Assembly (NCBI GenBank): GCA_002633005.1 | Contig: NMRA01000280.1 | Span: forward strand, 525,588 to 561,532 | Direction: 5' to 3' | DNA length: 35,945 nucleotides | Source: Phoronis australis | Taxonomy: Eukaryota; Animalia; Phoronida | In this document: in pieces, positions 21,408 to 33,944 of the stretch | Numbering within the stretch: position 1 is the stretch's first letter | Layout: the number at the start of each line of letters is the position of its first letter | The notes under the pieces: model-generated | Seen by the model: the letters and a program-made list of their open reading frames with translations, nothing else | What the model was told of the DNA's origin: nothing | Database searches by the model: none | Position numbers and translations under genes: made by a program

Positions 21408-23335
21408 TGTCTGGCATCATAGATTATAGACAACAGATTCGCAACTCCAACATTTTCTTCCGTGCTAGCCAAAAGGCGCCGCCACTCTCCTAAATTTTCT
21501 GGTGCAGTTTCAGGTTCTTGTATTTTGAAATATTTGCATCTACTTTACTGTCTAGGACAACGAAATAAATATTAATTTCGGCACTGAAACGCTGTTCAAA
21601 GTCTTTCAATAGTAGAAGTGTTGGTATGACGAGTACTTTTAGCAATGCCACTGGTAATTAATTACAAAATTCAAACTTCGGTGCCGACTGATTATGTCGT
21701 CTGCTTGCCCAATAGCATAGCAGCATAGTTATCGGGCAGTTTGTGATTTATGGTTCACATAGGCCTACTGAGAAAACCACGAAAGCATGTTTGTGCACAA
21801 ATTCCAAGGAGTGCCTGTGAATGCAAAAGATACTTATGTAACGTTTTTGGTTTAGAAAAATATTAATTTTGTTCGAATTAAAAAATGCGAAAAATGCGCC
21901 TCTGCAACGATTTGACTAGTTTTATCTTTGCATGTTTATAATTCAACATTCTCAAGTGAGCAGTTCTTCTGAGAAGTGTTGAGTGGCCCTTAAAAGGGCC
22001 GTTGGTTGTTCTGTGCATGAGCCTTAGGTATAGGGTGAAACGGTACTTAAAAGAACCGTTGAATAATTCAACATAAATCACACAGTATACCGTGCTCACT
22101 CAAGTACTGAAGGTCTTCTTCATTCAAGTTTTCATCAGGGAAGGTTGGACGAAAACAGAGGAGATGACAATATCCTATATCAAATTAAATGTTACAGTTC
22201 TCCAACGTTATCACGAACCCTGCGTCTTTCAGTTCTTGTTCCTGGATTCAGAAGTAACCCTGAACCGTAGGGAAGAAGTCATACAACAAAAACGAATCAA
22301 ATTTCGAAAATCATCGCCTTCGTTCGATTCCGTGTTGCTGCCGCCAGACTGATGTTCCTCCCCAACATCAATGTCGAAAATCGACGTTACAACTGATGGA
22401 AACTTGTGCCCTTTGTTTCTAACTTTTAACCCATTTTTTAAGAAAGGGGTGTACTGATTTTGTCTAATGTTGATAGAGCATAACTTTTGGTTTTTACAAT
22501 GCATTAATTGTGTTGAATGCATTCATATTAAGTGGCTTCATTGAGTTGAACAGAAATAAATTAAATGCAACACAATAAAGTTTTGAAAATAAATAGAGCA
22601 GTAACAGGACTCCCCAAGAATCGAGCTGTTTTTGAAAACTGCGCCATTGGTGATTTGATTGGTTCATGCATTTACGGAGGAAAATAATAGACCAAGTATC
22701 GTGCACGTGTGCACTGTAGCAACACTTTGTACCTTATTCTTATTTGACCAATCTGTTGATACAGTAAATTTCCTTATTTTATGCCCATCCTGATTTGACC
22801 GCAACTTGAGCTTGTTGGGTTCTATCATATATTGGGTTGGCATTGGGACCCACATGATGCTTACTCGAATGGGCTTCATTTTACCAAGTATTTTAAATTG
22901 AGGTGAAGTAAATAAACAAAGTGGGTGATTATTATCACCAGAATTTCATCATTAGTATCTTTTGCCGGATGCTCAAATTTTCTGAGACTAGGGATTGTCA
23001 AAATTTTAAGGTAGAAGTGTTTCGCTGGATTTCCATGTCTGTGGCGTTTTTTATACCGTACCAAAATTAAATAACGAGACCTTTGTTTAAATCAGGAGCT
23101 GCATGATACACGTTTTACCAGACGTGCGCAGGCAGCGCATGCGGGCCCATTGCACTGATCACATGGCACCATTTTTATGGTTTATTAATATATATTTAAA
23201 CCAAGCTGAGGAGCTTGAAACCTGATTCACGGGAATTTTTGGCAGTGGAATTTTCTGAAAAATGCTCGTAAGTTAACAACAAATTTTGATAGCAATGCAC
23301 TGCAGTTTCGTAAAAACTCTGTCATAGGTTACAGA

Positions 23336-23491
23336 CAGTTCTGTAGTGGTAAAATTAGAGGCAAGTAGGCGCCCAAAGCCCACCGTATCACTTTGAGCAC
23401 TGAACGTAACTTACGGTGCGTAGGCGCTTCGTTCAAATGCCAAAAGGTGGTTGGTTGCGCCTACGTGCGCCTACGTCCCACTACAGTACTG
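23336..23491. mobile_element. 156-bp hAT-like MITE with 8-bp TSD
   Basis: TIRs CAGTTCTGTAGTGG and CCACTACAGTACTG. Flanks GTTACAGA / GTTAGAGA. Subterminal GTAGGCGC and GCGCCTAC repeats. Confidence 0.8.
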
Positions 23492-24384
23492 GTTAGAGAT
23501 GCGTCACAGAGCGTAAATTTGATGAATTCTAGCTTACGATCTCACCTGTTGCGGAGACCGGGTTTCAACCACTTTTGGGCTATAATAAGCGCCCCCTTCC
23601 TGAAGCGGATTTTTCTAAGCGCCTTGGCCGCTTATTAGGGCGAATGCGGTAATATTTCAGAAAGGTAATACTTAGTGTCCTTTATGCACGGGACCCTTTT
23701 GTTACATTACGAGTGGGATTGGTTCATTATGTACCCTACGGGTGGCATAGGACTTTACAAAACTGGTTGAAGAATTTTGTTTTCATCATAAACGTTCGTT
23801 TGAAAGGCTTAGGTTTGGAAATGTTAGGACTTAAGGCGGAAATTTAAAAACCATTTGTCCGCTTACAAAAATTTAACATAGAAGAATAAAAACAACCTTC
23901 ACACCCCTCTGGTGTTCCTGTTCCCTGTTTTCAAAGAAGTTGGTTACATTTTCATAGACTGTAGTCGAGAGATTTTGTGCGGCATATATATTCGACGTGA
24001 AATGATTGTGTAACCTGCTGTTAAATTGCGAGATAGATTTTGACTGGTCCAGGCAGTTATTTCTGAAGTATTAATGTAATCTTTATTTATGTTAAAGGTT
24101 TTCCCATCGTTCTATTTATTTGTACACGAATGTGAATTTACTGAAAACGCTGATCCAAATCCTGGCCAAATGTGCGCGTTCTGCTGAGACCAACAGTCTG
24201 AACAGGGCCAGCGAAGAGTAATTTGGTTAATTCGCTCACTAGAATGGCTGAAGTTCCTCACCAAGGACAGGAGTTCATGAATCACTACCTTTGGAAGAAA
24301 TTTAGCTGACATTTTTCATCAAAACGGAGAAAACAAAAATGGATTTGTGAAGACAGGATTAAGTAGTAGGCCTACCAGAGCCTC

Positions 24385-24623
24385 TCAAAAAACATTCATC
24401 TTCAAAGTGCCTTGAACAAAATTGTGTAAAGTCTTATTGCTGAAACAACTGCCATTCACGTTGACACAAGAAATAAGCTTTTCTTCCCACAGCCGATTAT
24501 GGGGTCTTCGGATGGTATGGAAGCTAACGCCTTTGCATTTCGCGTGTGTTGCCGAATAACCGGCCACCCAGCAGCCGACCCAATGAGCTATATATGAGCT
24601 ATATATCTCATTGAGCCGACCAT
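24385..24623 (-). pseudogene. THAP-domain relic of a different transposon family
   Basis: Removing the 41-bp insertion gives MVGCWVAGYS...GVSFHTI...LWEEKLISCVN, then CSRHFEDECF after a frameshift. Confidence 0.75.
24573..24621. mobile_element. 33-bp quasi-palindromic insert between perfect 8-bp direct repeats, P-like excision footprint or micro-element
   Basis: AGCCGACC-CAATGAGCTATATATGAGCTATATATCTCATTG-AGCCGACC. Confidence 0.7.
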
Positions 24624-25495
24624 GATTAGCAGACGACGTACTTGCCGGAAGTTGCTCCAGCAAATTTAGCCAGGTGTCGCCAGTGAATAATGACGCAAGG
24701 GCTTATGCGTAAGATCACAGATTTCATCCATTTAAAGTATACGGAGTTGGCGGTCCATGTACTATAGTCTGTGCTGGCATGCGTGCTTCGTCTATATCAT
24801 AGACGGCGTCGCTGTTTGTTTCCATGGTGACAGTGGACGCGACAAGAAGCCAAATCTGACTTGCTCTCGTTTTTTATCTTCGCTTTGAGAACCACTGGCA
24901 CAGAAAGGGGAATCACCCAAGGGGGCTATACGCCTATAGCCCTCTGTTGAGTCCAAAAAAAATTTGTCAACTGGGTCAAAACTCATTGTAATTTTGCGGT
25001 CATATTGTAATGAACCCGCAGGTTGCTACACATTTTAGTCTTCACCGGTCGCCAGAAATTTGGCGTTTACACCCCCGGTCAAGTAGTGGTCTGTCGTAGC
25101 AAGGAGGGGGGGAGGGGGCAAACGGGTGTTGCCCAGAGGGAGTGAGGGCTCCACGCATCTGTTAACTGGAGAGTTACACAGACAACGGCCGGGGTGGGGT
25201 GGGGGATGGGGGNCTCAGATGATCTGAAGTGTGTTTACCATAACTGACTAAAGGCACAAAGTGTTCATGATCCCACTTTTTTATTGAAAAATCCCTAAAC
25301 GAAGAAAGAACCTTTGTTGCCCATTTTGTCTGATACCCTCGACCAGTCTTTAGATTATTTTGCGCATGCGCATTGTAGTAAAATCAGCGTCTAAAGTTTT
25401 TAATCGGTAAGTTATGGATCTGAGGCATGCTGCCTACATACATGAGATGGTTTCATTTGTCTGTAGTGGTTGCGTCTTCACTAAACGAACATTAA

Positions 25496-26451
25496 AGGAG
25501 GATGCCACCTTATTTTAATTAGTCTTTTTTGCCGTCTTAATCGTTCTATATCCACATCGCCTCGCATACGGTCGACCTTACCTTGCCGAGAGGTGTCGCG
25601 TTAACCTGTGAGGAAGGTGAGAAATGACGCAGCGACGTCAGTGGTTCATTTGCAGAGTGAATGCCGCTATGTTGCAGTTCATCGTTCCCGCTTGTCCGAA
25701 CTATGTAGCTGCTAGAAAAGCGGGTATATCATTTTTTACTTCCTCGAGAGTTCAAAATGCTTAAGAAGTGTCTCGCGGCTTTGAAGAATGAAAAGTACGC
25801 TGTAAATACCAAGTATGAGGCCGTGAAACATCTTCGTGTCTGTGACCTGCAGCCGTCGACAGTGCCTGACGAATGACGGCTTATCCAATGTCTGAGCTTG
25901 TTCACGGCGCTTCTCTAGTATTTCACTGATAGCCTGTGAAACTTAACGATCCACCTGCGAAGTCTTCGTCGGGATGAGCTCTTGTCTAAGTCGGGATTGC
26001 CATGTTGACGTTTATTACTGAGCGTTCTGTTTCAAAATGAATTATTCTCACCCTAACCAATACTTATATCATACTGAAACAAAATATGTCTCATTAGGTG
26101 CAATTTGTAATCCCTTTGGAGTGCTCGTGAGTGCAAATGATTTGAGAAGCCAGCAACGAATAAATCACTGCGTTACCGGCTTTACTAGGTGCAATAAGAC
26201 TAAGTGACGGAACACCGAGGCCGTGTGAGCTCATGCTAATTCAATGTTTGCTGACAGAAACTGTTGTGAAACAACTCGATTTCTGTCCCATGGTCAGGTG
26301 TTAGGGGAATCTTTATTTACATTTACATTATTCAAATAATGATTGTGTCAATGTACAACTTCAGGTAACGCAACCGTACGTGTTGTTATCGAGTAGAACT
26401 ACTCGATCTAAATTGATACAAATTAGGTTGTTTTTTGGGTGGCATGCTCCT
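25496..26451 (+). mobile_element. Kolobok-like family A, 956-bp deletion derivative without the nested MITEs
   Basis: TTAA|AGGAGGATGCCACC ... GGGTGGCATGCTCCT|TTAA. Frameshifted THAP at about 25669-25860. Internal deletion near 26360. Confidence 0.85.
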
Positions 26452-26922
26452 TTAAGTAAAGCATCGATACCAGTAACTAACGATTTCAAGTGCATTTTTA
26501 CAGTAACTGTCCTGCTCAGTTCAACCAGTAAAATCTCCTGTTCGTGGGCCACATTGGATCGTTGTTTCCTACCTTCGAATGTTTAATGGTGACGCATTTG
26601 CCATTATTATGACGCAATTTGGACCCACAAATTGGAGTAGGAGTGCAGTGTCACATAACATTTTTAAAATTTTGCCAGTCTTGGATTTTTTCCGATTTTG
26701 ACAGCCAGGAATTGCAATTTAGTACTTTTTACTCAGTCATGTGTTTGGATTAATCGTGTTGTCCGACAGCGCAGTTGGAACTTGACTGACGAGCCAACAC
26801 AACGCTCCTTTTATACGCATTTTCATTGTTTACTTTGCTTCGTTCAAGGACTCGAGAACACAATAAAGCACTGTGTAAGCACTCGTTTCTGTTATTTGCC
26901 GTATACAGTCTTACTTGCAACG

Positions 26923-27031
26923 ATGTTTACAGTCGCGACAACATGCTTATTTTGGATGACAACGTTTACAGAGAGCTACAAAATTCTACGTATTAACAAC
27001 ACACGTCAAATATCTGGTGATGGCATTGGTG
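26923..27031 (+). CDS. F-type lectin gene exon 1, putative signal peptide
   Basis: MFTVATTCLFWMTTFTESYKILRINNTRQISGDGIG. Phase-1 donor G|GTATGT is compatible with exon 2. Confidence 0.55.
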
Positions 27032-27562
27032 GTATGTACTTCCATTTTTCTGTAGGTTCCTGCTAGCTTTGGTGCGGCCGTCTCCGCTCATTTGTCCAAA
27101 ATTAAATCAAAACTGCTCTTACATTTTGCTTTATGTAACTTCTGATTTTTCTTTGAAAAATTATCAGACTCATTTTTGATAGCCCCTTTTGTAGAAGTGG
27201 AGTACTTTAAAGACAACTCATAACACCGTTTTGAAGAACAATGCGTAAAGCATGCATGTTATGTAAAAGTCTCATGGATCCGATCATAAATTTATGCGAC
27301 CCGATATTCTGAATTTAGACAAATTTAAACATTTTCTAATGTCCTATGTCAATGTTGTGGCTCACAATGGAAAGGAATATCGCTCTTCTCGGTCAGTGCT
27401 ATCATCTTTGTGCCACAAACAGTTAACGCTGTAACGGAATTCGCTAGGGACCTTGGCAAAAACTTGCTTTAGTGAATATGCAATGAACTAAGCTTAACCG
27501 AACAAATATACATGCGATTACACGCTGCAATGAAAGCAATATGAATGAAGTAATTTTTTCAG

Positions 27563-27775
27563 GTGGAATTGCGTTGAACAAACCAACAAATCAGTCAAGC
27601 ACAATTCTTAATCGACACGCCTCGTTTGCTGTTGACGGGAAGTTGGCGAATGGAGACGCCCCGCGTTTGCCATGTGCCCAAACTTTATGGCAGGCGGATC
27701 CATGGTGGCAAGTAGATTTGGAGGCCATGCATCACATTGCCAACGTCACAATCACAAACACCGCCGAGACCTTTG
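27563..27775 (+). CDS. F-type lectin domain 1, N-terminal half (exon 2)
   Basis: ttttcag| acceptor. IALNKPTNQSST...AVDG...CAQT...PWWQVDL...VTITN. Donor G|GTAAT, phase 1. Confidence 0.88.
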
Positions 27776-27829
27776 GTAATGTCCTGTTCACCATTTAAAA
27801 ATTCTGAACCTTTAGACATTTATGAAAGA

Positions 27830-28894
27830 CACGTTTAATTATACATTGATTCACTCTCCGAAATCATTTTCAGTGGTTCTGAAATGTGCCCTCCCTGTCA
27901 ATTCAGTTACAGGTGATGGTTGACTTACATGTATACAGAACTGTTCTGTTGTGTAACTGTGATTTTCAAATTTGGTTGATAAGATGTGCATCTAACGTAC
28001 CCACAGGATTGCACAATGTGAGATTTTGACTGAAATATTTGGACCTGGCATTAATACAAAAGAAGCAACACAGTAGGCGATGAGAGCTTGTTTTGGGGTA
28101 GCAGGAACGGGAAGTGACATGTATAGTTAGATAGATATATTAATGTTTTGTTAATGTTGTTGGTCTTCGTCTATAACTTTTATTGCTGTATTGCCGAAGT
28201 GGGCACGATATACTAAAGTGACTTGTTGAGACAAATTTTCTTGTTCGCAGGCAAAGGACTTAAACAATTTCGAATTCTGGTTGCTAACACGTCTGCAACA
28301 CGGCGCGGAGTACCACTAGAGCACGAAATTTGTAAGGTTTACAAGAACAGTTTGCCACAAGNCACGTTTAATTATACATTGATTCACTCTCCGAAATCAT
28401 TTTCAGTGGTTCTGAAATGTGCCCTCCCTGTCAATTCAGTTACAGGTGATGGTTGACTTACATGTATACAGTACTGTTCTGTTGTGTAACTGTGATTTTC
28501 AAATTTGGTTGATAAGATGTGCATCTAACGTACCCACAGGATTGCACAATGTGAGATTTTGACTGAAATATTTGGACCTGGCATTAATAGAAAAGAAGCA
28601 ACACTGTAGGCGATGAGAGCTTGTTTTGGGGTAGCAGGAACGGGAAGTGACATGTATAGTTAGATAGATATATTAATGTTTTGTTAATGTTGTTGGTCTT
28701 CGTCTATAACTTTTATTGCTGTATTGCCGAAGTGGGCACGATATACTAAAGTGACTTGTTGAGACAAATTTTCTTGTTCGCAGGCAAAGGACTTAAACAA
28801 TTTCGAATTCTGGTTGCTAACACGTCTGCAACACGGCGCGGAGTACCACTAGAGCACGAAATTTGTAAGGTTTACAAGAACAGTTTGCCACAAG
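27830..28894. other. 532-bp tandem duplication across N 28362, including a partial false copy of exon 3
   Basis: 27830-28361 and 28363-28894 differ at only about three positions by eye. Confidence 0.85.
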
Positions 28895-29011
28895 GGAAGA
28901 CCGAATGCGTAAGTTGCAGCCCTTCTCCACTTTACGGGCGCTATCTCATCATTCAAAAACAATGGAACGGATCTCTCACACAACTATCACTTTGCGAAGT
29001 AGCGTTCAATG
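28784..29011 (+). CDS. F-type lectin domain 1, C-terminal half (exon 3)
   Basis: ttcgcag| acceptor. LKQFRILV...C...C...LYGRYLII...LSLCEV. Donor G|GTGAGT, phase 1. Confidence 0.88.
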
Positions 29012-30094
29012 GTGAGTTTGTACAAGTATGTTAGTTCATATAGCATTAGTAAATTCGTCTTAAGAGTTAATTGTAACTTTTATTTACGTACAACAGGACC
29101 GCCCCGGATTAAACAGCGATGGAACTCGTTTGTTTTGAAGTTAAAAAACCGCCTAGTTTTTATATTGGCCTCGTTTTGGAAATTCAGATACACATTTTCA
29201 CAGGTGATGTCGGAAACCGTCGAATTGTATGGCCGTGGTAATATTCATTACCGATTTCAACCGTTTAAAGTACAGGAATTGAAAAGGTATCTTCGATAAA
29301 GGGGGTTCTGTACGGTTCAAAGATAAACCGATGAACTTGCGTTTTCTACTCGCTTCGCATTTTCTTGTCTTTGATTGACGTGGGGAAGGCGCACCAACGC
29401 AGATATTTGTCAATTTTTTCCAACTTTCTCCAGTCGTAATTGTTGCCCACACCACTGCAGTAATACCGTTGTTATGGGAACCACCAATAGAGTACTGCAG
29501 CCCAGAACAACTAAGGGAATACGAAAATAGGGAAGAACATGTGGAACTCCAACGGTACTAAAACGTGGCTGCACAAGTACTTGACGGATATTGTGGCACT
29601 GTGGGTTAATACAGCGAGATTCAAGTGTTGCTGTGTAATCCGGGATGGTCCTATTCAAAATGCACCTATTAATACTTGCATAAATATATGTATGGTGCGT
29701 GCATGTTTGTAATGGAGGATACGTAAATTTTAAAGTAAATGTGACGTTTGTGATGAGTAACTATCAAAAATGCTTGATGGCGAGAACAAAATAATGCTGG
29801 GCTTAGAGATACTCGACTCGAAGCAGCCGTATTCCTTCCAATCTGTCATTGCAATAAAGTAGTATGAAATACGCCTTTTTATTGGTAAGCCTTGCCGCCA
29901 AACTACTTGGGATTTTGTTTTCTTTATACTAAATAGGAAAATGGTCTTTCCATGAGGTGCGCATGCGTGAGTGAATGGATACACTTGTTTATCATTGGTA
30001 ATGATTATTTGAAAAAAATTACTTGGCATCAACGTCACACAAATATTGCCCACAATACTGAGTAAAACCTGTCCCATGATTTCATTTGTTTTAG

Positions 30095-30298
30095 GTAATC
30101 TAATTATTGGGAAGCCTACAAATCAGTCCAGTACAAAAGCACGTAGGGTAGCCGCGTTGGCTGTTGATGGCAGTACGGCAAATGCGTTCAACGACGTACC
30201 ATGCGCGCAGACTACATCGGAGAATAATCCATGGTGGCAGGTTGACTTACAAGATGTGTACTCAATCATCCATGCTACCATCACACACTGCATCTACG
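30095..30298 (+). CDS. F-type lectin domain 2, N-terminal half (exon 4); next exon not found in the window
   Basis: ttttag| acceptor. NLIIGKPTNQSST...LAVDG...CAQT...NPWWQVDL. Probable donor G|GTAACT at the position equivalent to exon 2. Confidence 0.8.
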
Positions 30299-30333
30299 GT
30301 AACTGGACTTTTACTTGGAGAAATGAAATTGGC

Positions 30334-31801
30334 ACCTATGTAAAGGAACACACTTGCTACTGATGTGTGATGTTTCAACCTCTTACTTACCAAAGCAAGA
30401 GAGCGGATACTGCTACGTTTTTATTGAGGCACATACCACTTTTTTGTCCAAACCACACTTTCTCCTACAGAAAATGCAATATGTTTCAGTGATTTTAGTT
30501 TGAGAAATTTCATTTTGCTGATCATTGTGCACGTGTGTTTATTTTCACTTGAACTTTACATTCACTGATGGCGCCTCTTGCCGCCATTTCAAATTTTTCA
30601 TTTGATAAATTGAACAAGTATAACAAATGACATACTGTACAAGATGAACTGAAACAATTGTTTTCTAAAACTTACGGTTTTTGAGATATTTATGAATGAT
30701 TTTTTGTTTTGAATTCCCCTTAAGAAGATATTGAGGTGATCTTTCAGAAATTGTTTTGTTAATCCGATGTTTCGTTCTTGAGTTTTCAAGAATTTTATGA
30801 CAGCTTCGATATACCTTCCGGTGACTGCTCGGTAATTGATTGAAATTTGTTGCCGTGTCTCGGCGTCCCTTGACGGATTTTTCTAAAAATCGGTGTGTCG
30901 ACAGATGTCGTTAAGCAGTGCCGTTTTACAACAGGGCCCACTAGGGCACTTGCAGGGGCCCCACGACTACAGGGACCCCACGTCTATCCATGACATAATA
31001 AAAAGGGAAATGATACAAATATGCCAGTGAGAAAGTAAATATTGCCCCCCTGTAATACGTCTTACATCCATGAATAGGGCATCCATGTAATTTAGTCAAT
31101 AACGGGCCCTGTGTGCTAACATTTTGAACTATCACTTCGGGTTGACTAATGGCTTGCAAGTAAGCTGAATAAAGGTGTGCCCACACAAAACGAGAGCCCA
31201 CACCTTATACTCGTAACATTTTCCTGTAAAATAACGCATGGCATTATTTGTACTTTTAAAGTTATGCCGATCATATTGGCTTCAAAGGCCCCTATCTCTT
31301 CATGTATCATGCGGAATAATTGAGTACTCTGAGTCAATGGCAATTTTGAAGTGCTGAATGTGAATCTGACATCCTTCTCCGACAAATGCTTTTCCCGCAG
31401 TAGATTCGTTTACAATGGTTGTGTGCAAGGGAAGGGGGAAGGGCAAAGGGCCCAGGCCCTCTCTAGTACGGCCTTTTAGTGAGAGTGTGTGCAAAGGCGC
31501 TTTTTGGGGCACCAAAGCACTTTTTGTAGCGCTTTTGGAGAGCACCAAAAATCGGTTCGTGCAAAAAAACAAATGAGAATACGTATGATGCAATTTTCAA
31601 GGGAAGGGTGCATCCTTGTTCGTGGCTTCTTAGCTAACGGATATCACACCACCACTGTTTGCTTGTTCCTTTGCGAGACGTTCCTGACTACACATTTTAC
31701 AAAGACCCTTACAACATATTGTTTAAAGTAAAATTGATCGTTTTGAAAGAATTACCGTTTCGTAGAAAATGACTGAAAATCCAGTTGAGCTTAATAATAA
31801 C
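30334..31801 (+). repeat. About 1.47-kb segment, copy 1
   Basis: Colinear and highly similar to 34490-35945, with SNPs and small indels. Confidence 0.9.
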
Positions 31802-32300
31802 TTTTTGATTTTGCAATGTATTCGCAAAGAAGATACAAGTACAAGTTATGGAAATGGTGCAGCAAGTGCACCTAAAGATGTCAAGCCGAAGCACATACTC
31901 TAATTGATATGAGCTTCGGCCTGACAGTTAAACGTGACTAGTATCCGGCTCACATGCTGGCTAAACAGCAGGCGTTTTCGCTGGCACCAAAAACGCCAGT
32001 AATTTGAATGGTCGCAAAGTTCGATTTGCTGGTGGTTTGAGTTACCATAGAAGTGCTGGCGTTTTCGCTAGCACTTTTTTAACCAGACTGCTTACTTCAA
32101 AGAGCACGCATGCGCAAGGGTTGCAGGCCTTTGTTCTATTGTCCCATCAACCAATTTATGGCAGAGAGTAAAATTTAACGCGTTTTGACATCTACTTTCG
32201 CTTAAAAGCGACTCATGTGATGAGAAAACCTACTGCTGGCGAAAATTGCCCCTTCGAGGACAGCTCGTCTGTCTGGCAATGAAAGCGCTTTCGCACCATG

Positions 32301-33250
32301 CATAGGCGGATTTGGGGGGGGGGCAGGGGGCCCGCCCCCCCTCCCCTTGGCTGCCGCAAAAAATAAAACAGTAAGAGCGTAGGGAAATGTTGAGTAAATT
32401 AATTAACCCCGATAATCAAAATTATACGGATGAAAAAAGATTTAAATGTGTGCAGTTTTAGTGCTGTGTGGGGGGGCTCAAATCCAATTTCAAGTGTCAA
32501 ATTCGGAACACGGCGCATTCGTAACGGAACTACATGTATGGCTAGATATAGGCTCTCCCGCGATATCCCAGGCGACCGGCGCTGCGCACTACGACTCCGT
32601 TTCCGTCGTCTGCTCCACTGTGCAATGAAGAAAATTTACTTCATTTTTCAAAGAAAATGGAACCTGAGTGACGATGAAAAAACAGAAGCTGCTGGTAAGA
32701 TGTGAATTTTAATCGAAGCCTTAGTGAATCACTCAGAAACTCGCAATACTCTCTTTGTCAAACCTTATCTGAGACGATTTCCAAAGCAATCCCGTCATTA
32801 TTGCCAACACGAAAAACAATTTGGTCTTTTGGGTATTTGAAGACTATTTTAAATGCGACATATTTGTTAAGAATTGATGGCACAAAACGTGTAATAAGCA
32901 TTACAAAAAGAAGTAGGTTTCGCGCGCAAACGCTGTGGACCATAAACAAGTAGGTCTCTTAGTACGACAGTAGTAGGTGCTGGTGTAGTGCTAACCCACG
33001 CGCGCTCTATCCGCCAGGTCGTGAGTTCGAGTCTTTGGTACTTGCCGTTTTTCCTGTTTGACACGTTCTTCGTGTTTTTTTTTTTGCCTTTTTTCTCGGA
33101 TAATACTTCAGGAATCAAGGAAAATGCTTGATTTTTAGACCTCCCCCCATTCGGTGCTATGCACATCTACAATCGTGGTTCAGTTTGCGCAAATGCTTAC
33201 AGCCGGACAAAATGTTGGGCCCCCCTTGTGATATCCTAGATCCGCCACTG
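32301..33250 (+). mobile_element. 950-bp hAT-like MITE with 5-bp TSD and an internal tRNA-like segment
   Basis: CATAGGCGGAT ... ATCCGCCACTG. CCATG at 32296-32300 and 33251-33255. Right half shared with 2354-2852. Confidence 0.75.
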
Positions 33251-33927
33251 CCATGGACTAAGGTTTGATGTCCAGGAAACTTGAATTCGTCACAAAACTA
33301 AATAAAAAAATCGACATCGCCTTTGGGTCAAACAGGTGTTCTCGGAATGTCAGTGGACGTACACAATTAACAAAATACCCGCAGACGTAGGGCTCGTTAA
33401 CTTGAAAAGCAATTTATTTTAAAATTAACATCACGCTGTACCATTTTCGCTTGTGTGGTTCACGGTCCCATCGTCTGATTGTCATTTCCTTGCTTAAATT
33501 GTGTTTTGAGAAGCACTCCATTAACTAATGCTGTTCAAATATTTATCCGTGTTCGTCAATTCTTGATACGCACTCCTGTTGGCGTAACGGTTTGCCAACC
33601 GAAAATACAAATGTACTTGTTGTTGGTACACAATTTACGTTTTTATTGCTATAAACATTCGGTTGGTATAACAGGGGCCCCTGTGAACTGCTATGCTAGT
33701 GACTTTTCACTTGTAAAATGACAGGCGTTGACCTGTATTCAATTTAACACAATTAATAATCTGCCAAACAAACCAGAAAGCTTCCAGTCCAAGACATGTA
33801 CGTGTTAAAGAGCAACCAGTGTGAAGCGCACTCACATGCACGAACATATACAAAACTCTTGAGCAAACAAAAACTCTTTGAAAGTACGTATTATTTCAGA
33901 TACAGCTGGTGAATGGGTTTAATATAT

Positions 33928-33943
33928 CAGTGGCGGATCTACG
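33928..33943. mobile_element. Left TIR stub of a hAT-like MITE cut by N 33944
   Basis: CAGTGGCGGATCTACG. Confidence 0.6.
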
Positions 33944-33944
33944 N

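Noticed and set aside
21648-21680. Continuation of the Gypsy 5' LTR
   Set aside because: Only a short AT-rich resemblance, about 240 bp from the expected position.
22092-23064. Gene made of several 60-97 aa ORFs
   Set aside because: No recognisable domain or consistent splice chain. Could be a decayed relic but cannot be supported.
23560-23651. Tc1/mariner-pogo type MITE ending ...TATTAGGGCGAATGCGGTA
   Set aside because: Only one plausible end and no matching left TIR.
23953-24773. Complete P-like element bounded by CATAGACTGTAGT / ACTATAGTCTGTG around the THAP relic
   Set aside because: The inverted match is short with two mismatches, and the flanks (TACATTTT vs CTGGCATG) show no TSD. Boundaries unsupported.
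28251-28361. Mutually exclusive alternative exon of the F-type lectin
   Set aside because: Identical to the start of exon 3 and truncated at an N inside a near-perfect overlap, so probably an assembly artefact.
30941-31731. Conserved ORFs repeated at 35115-35737
   Set aside because: Conservation only reflects the duplicated segment. There are indels between copies and no domain signal.
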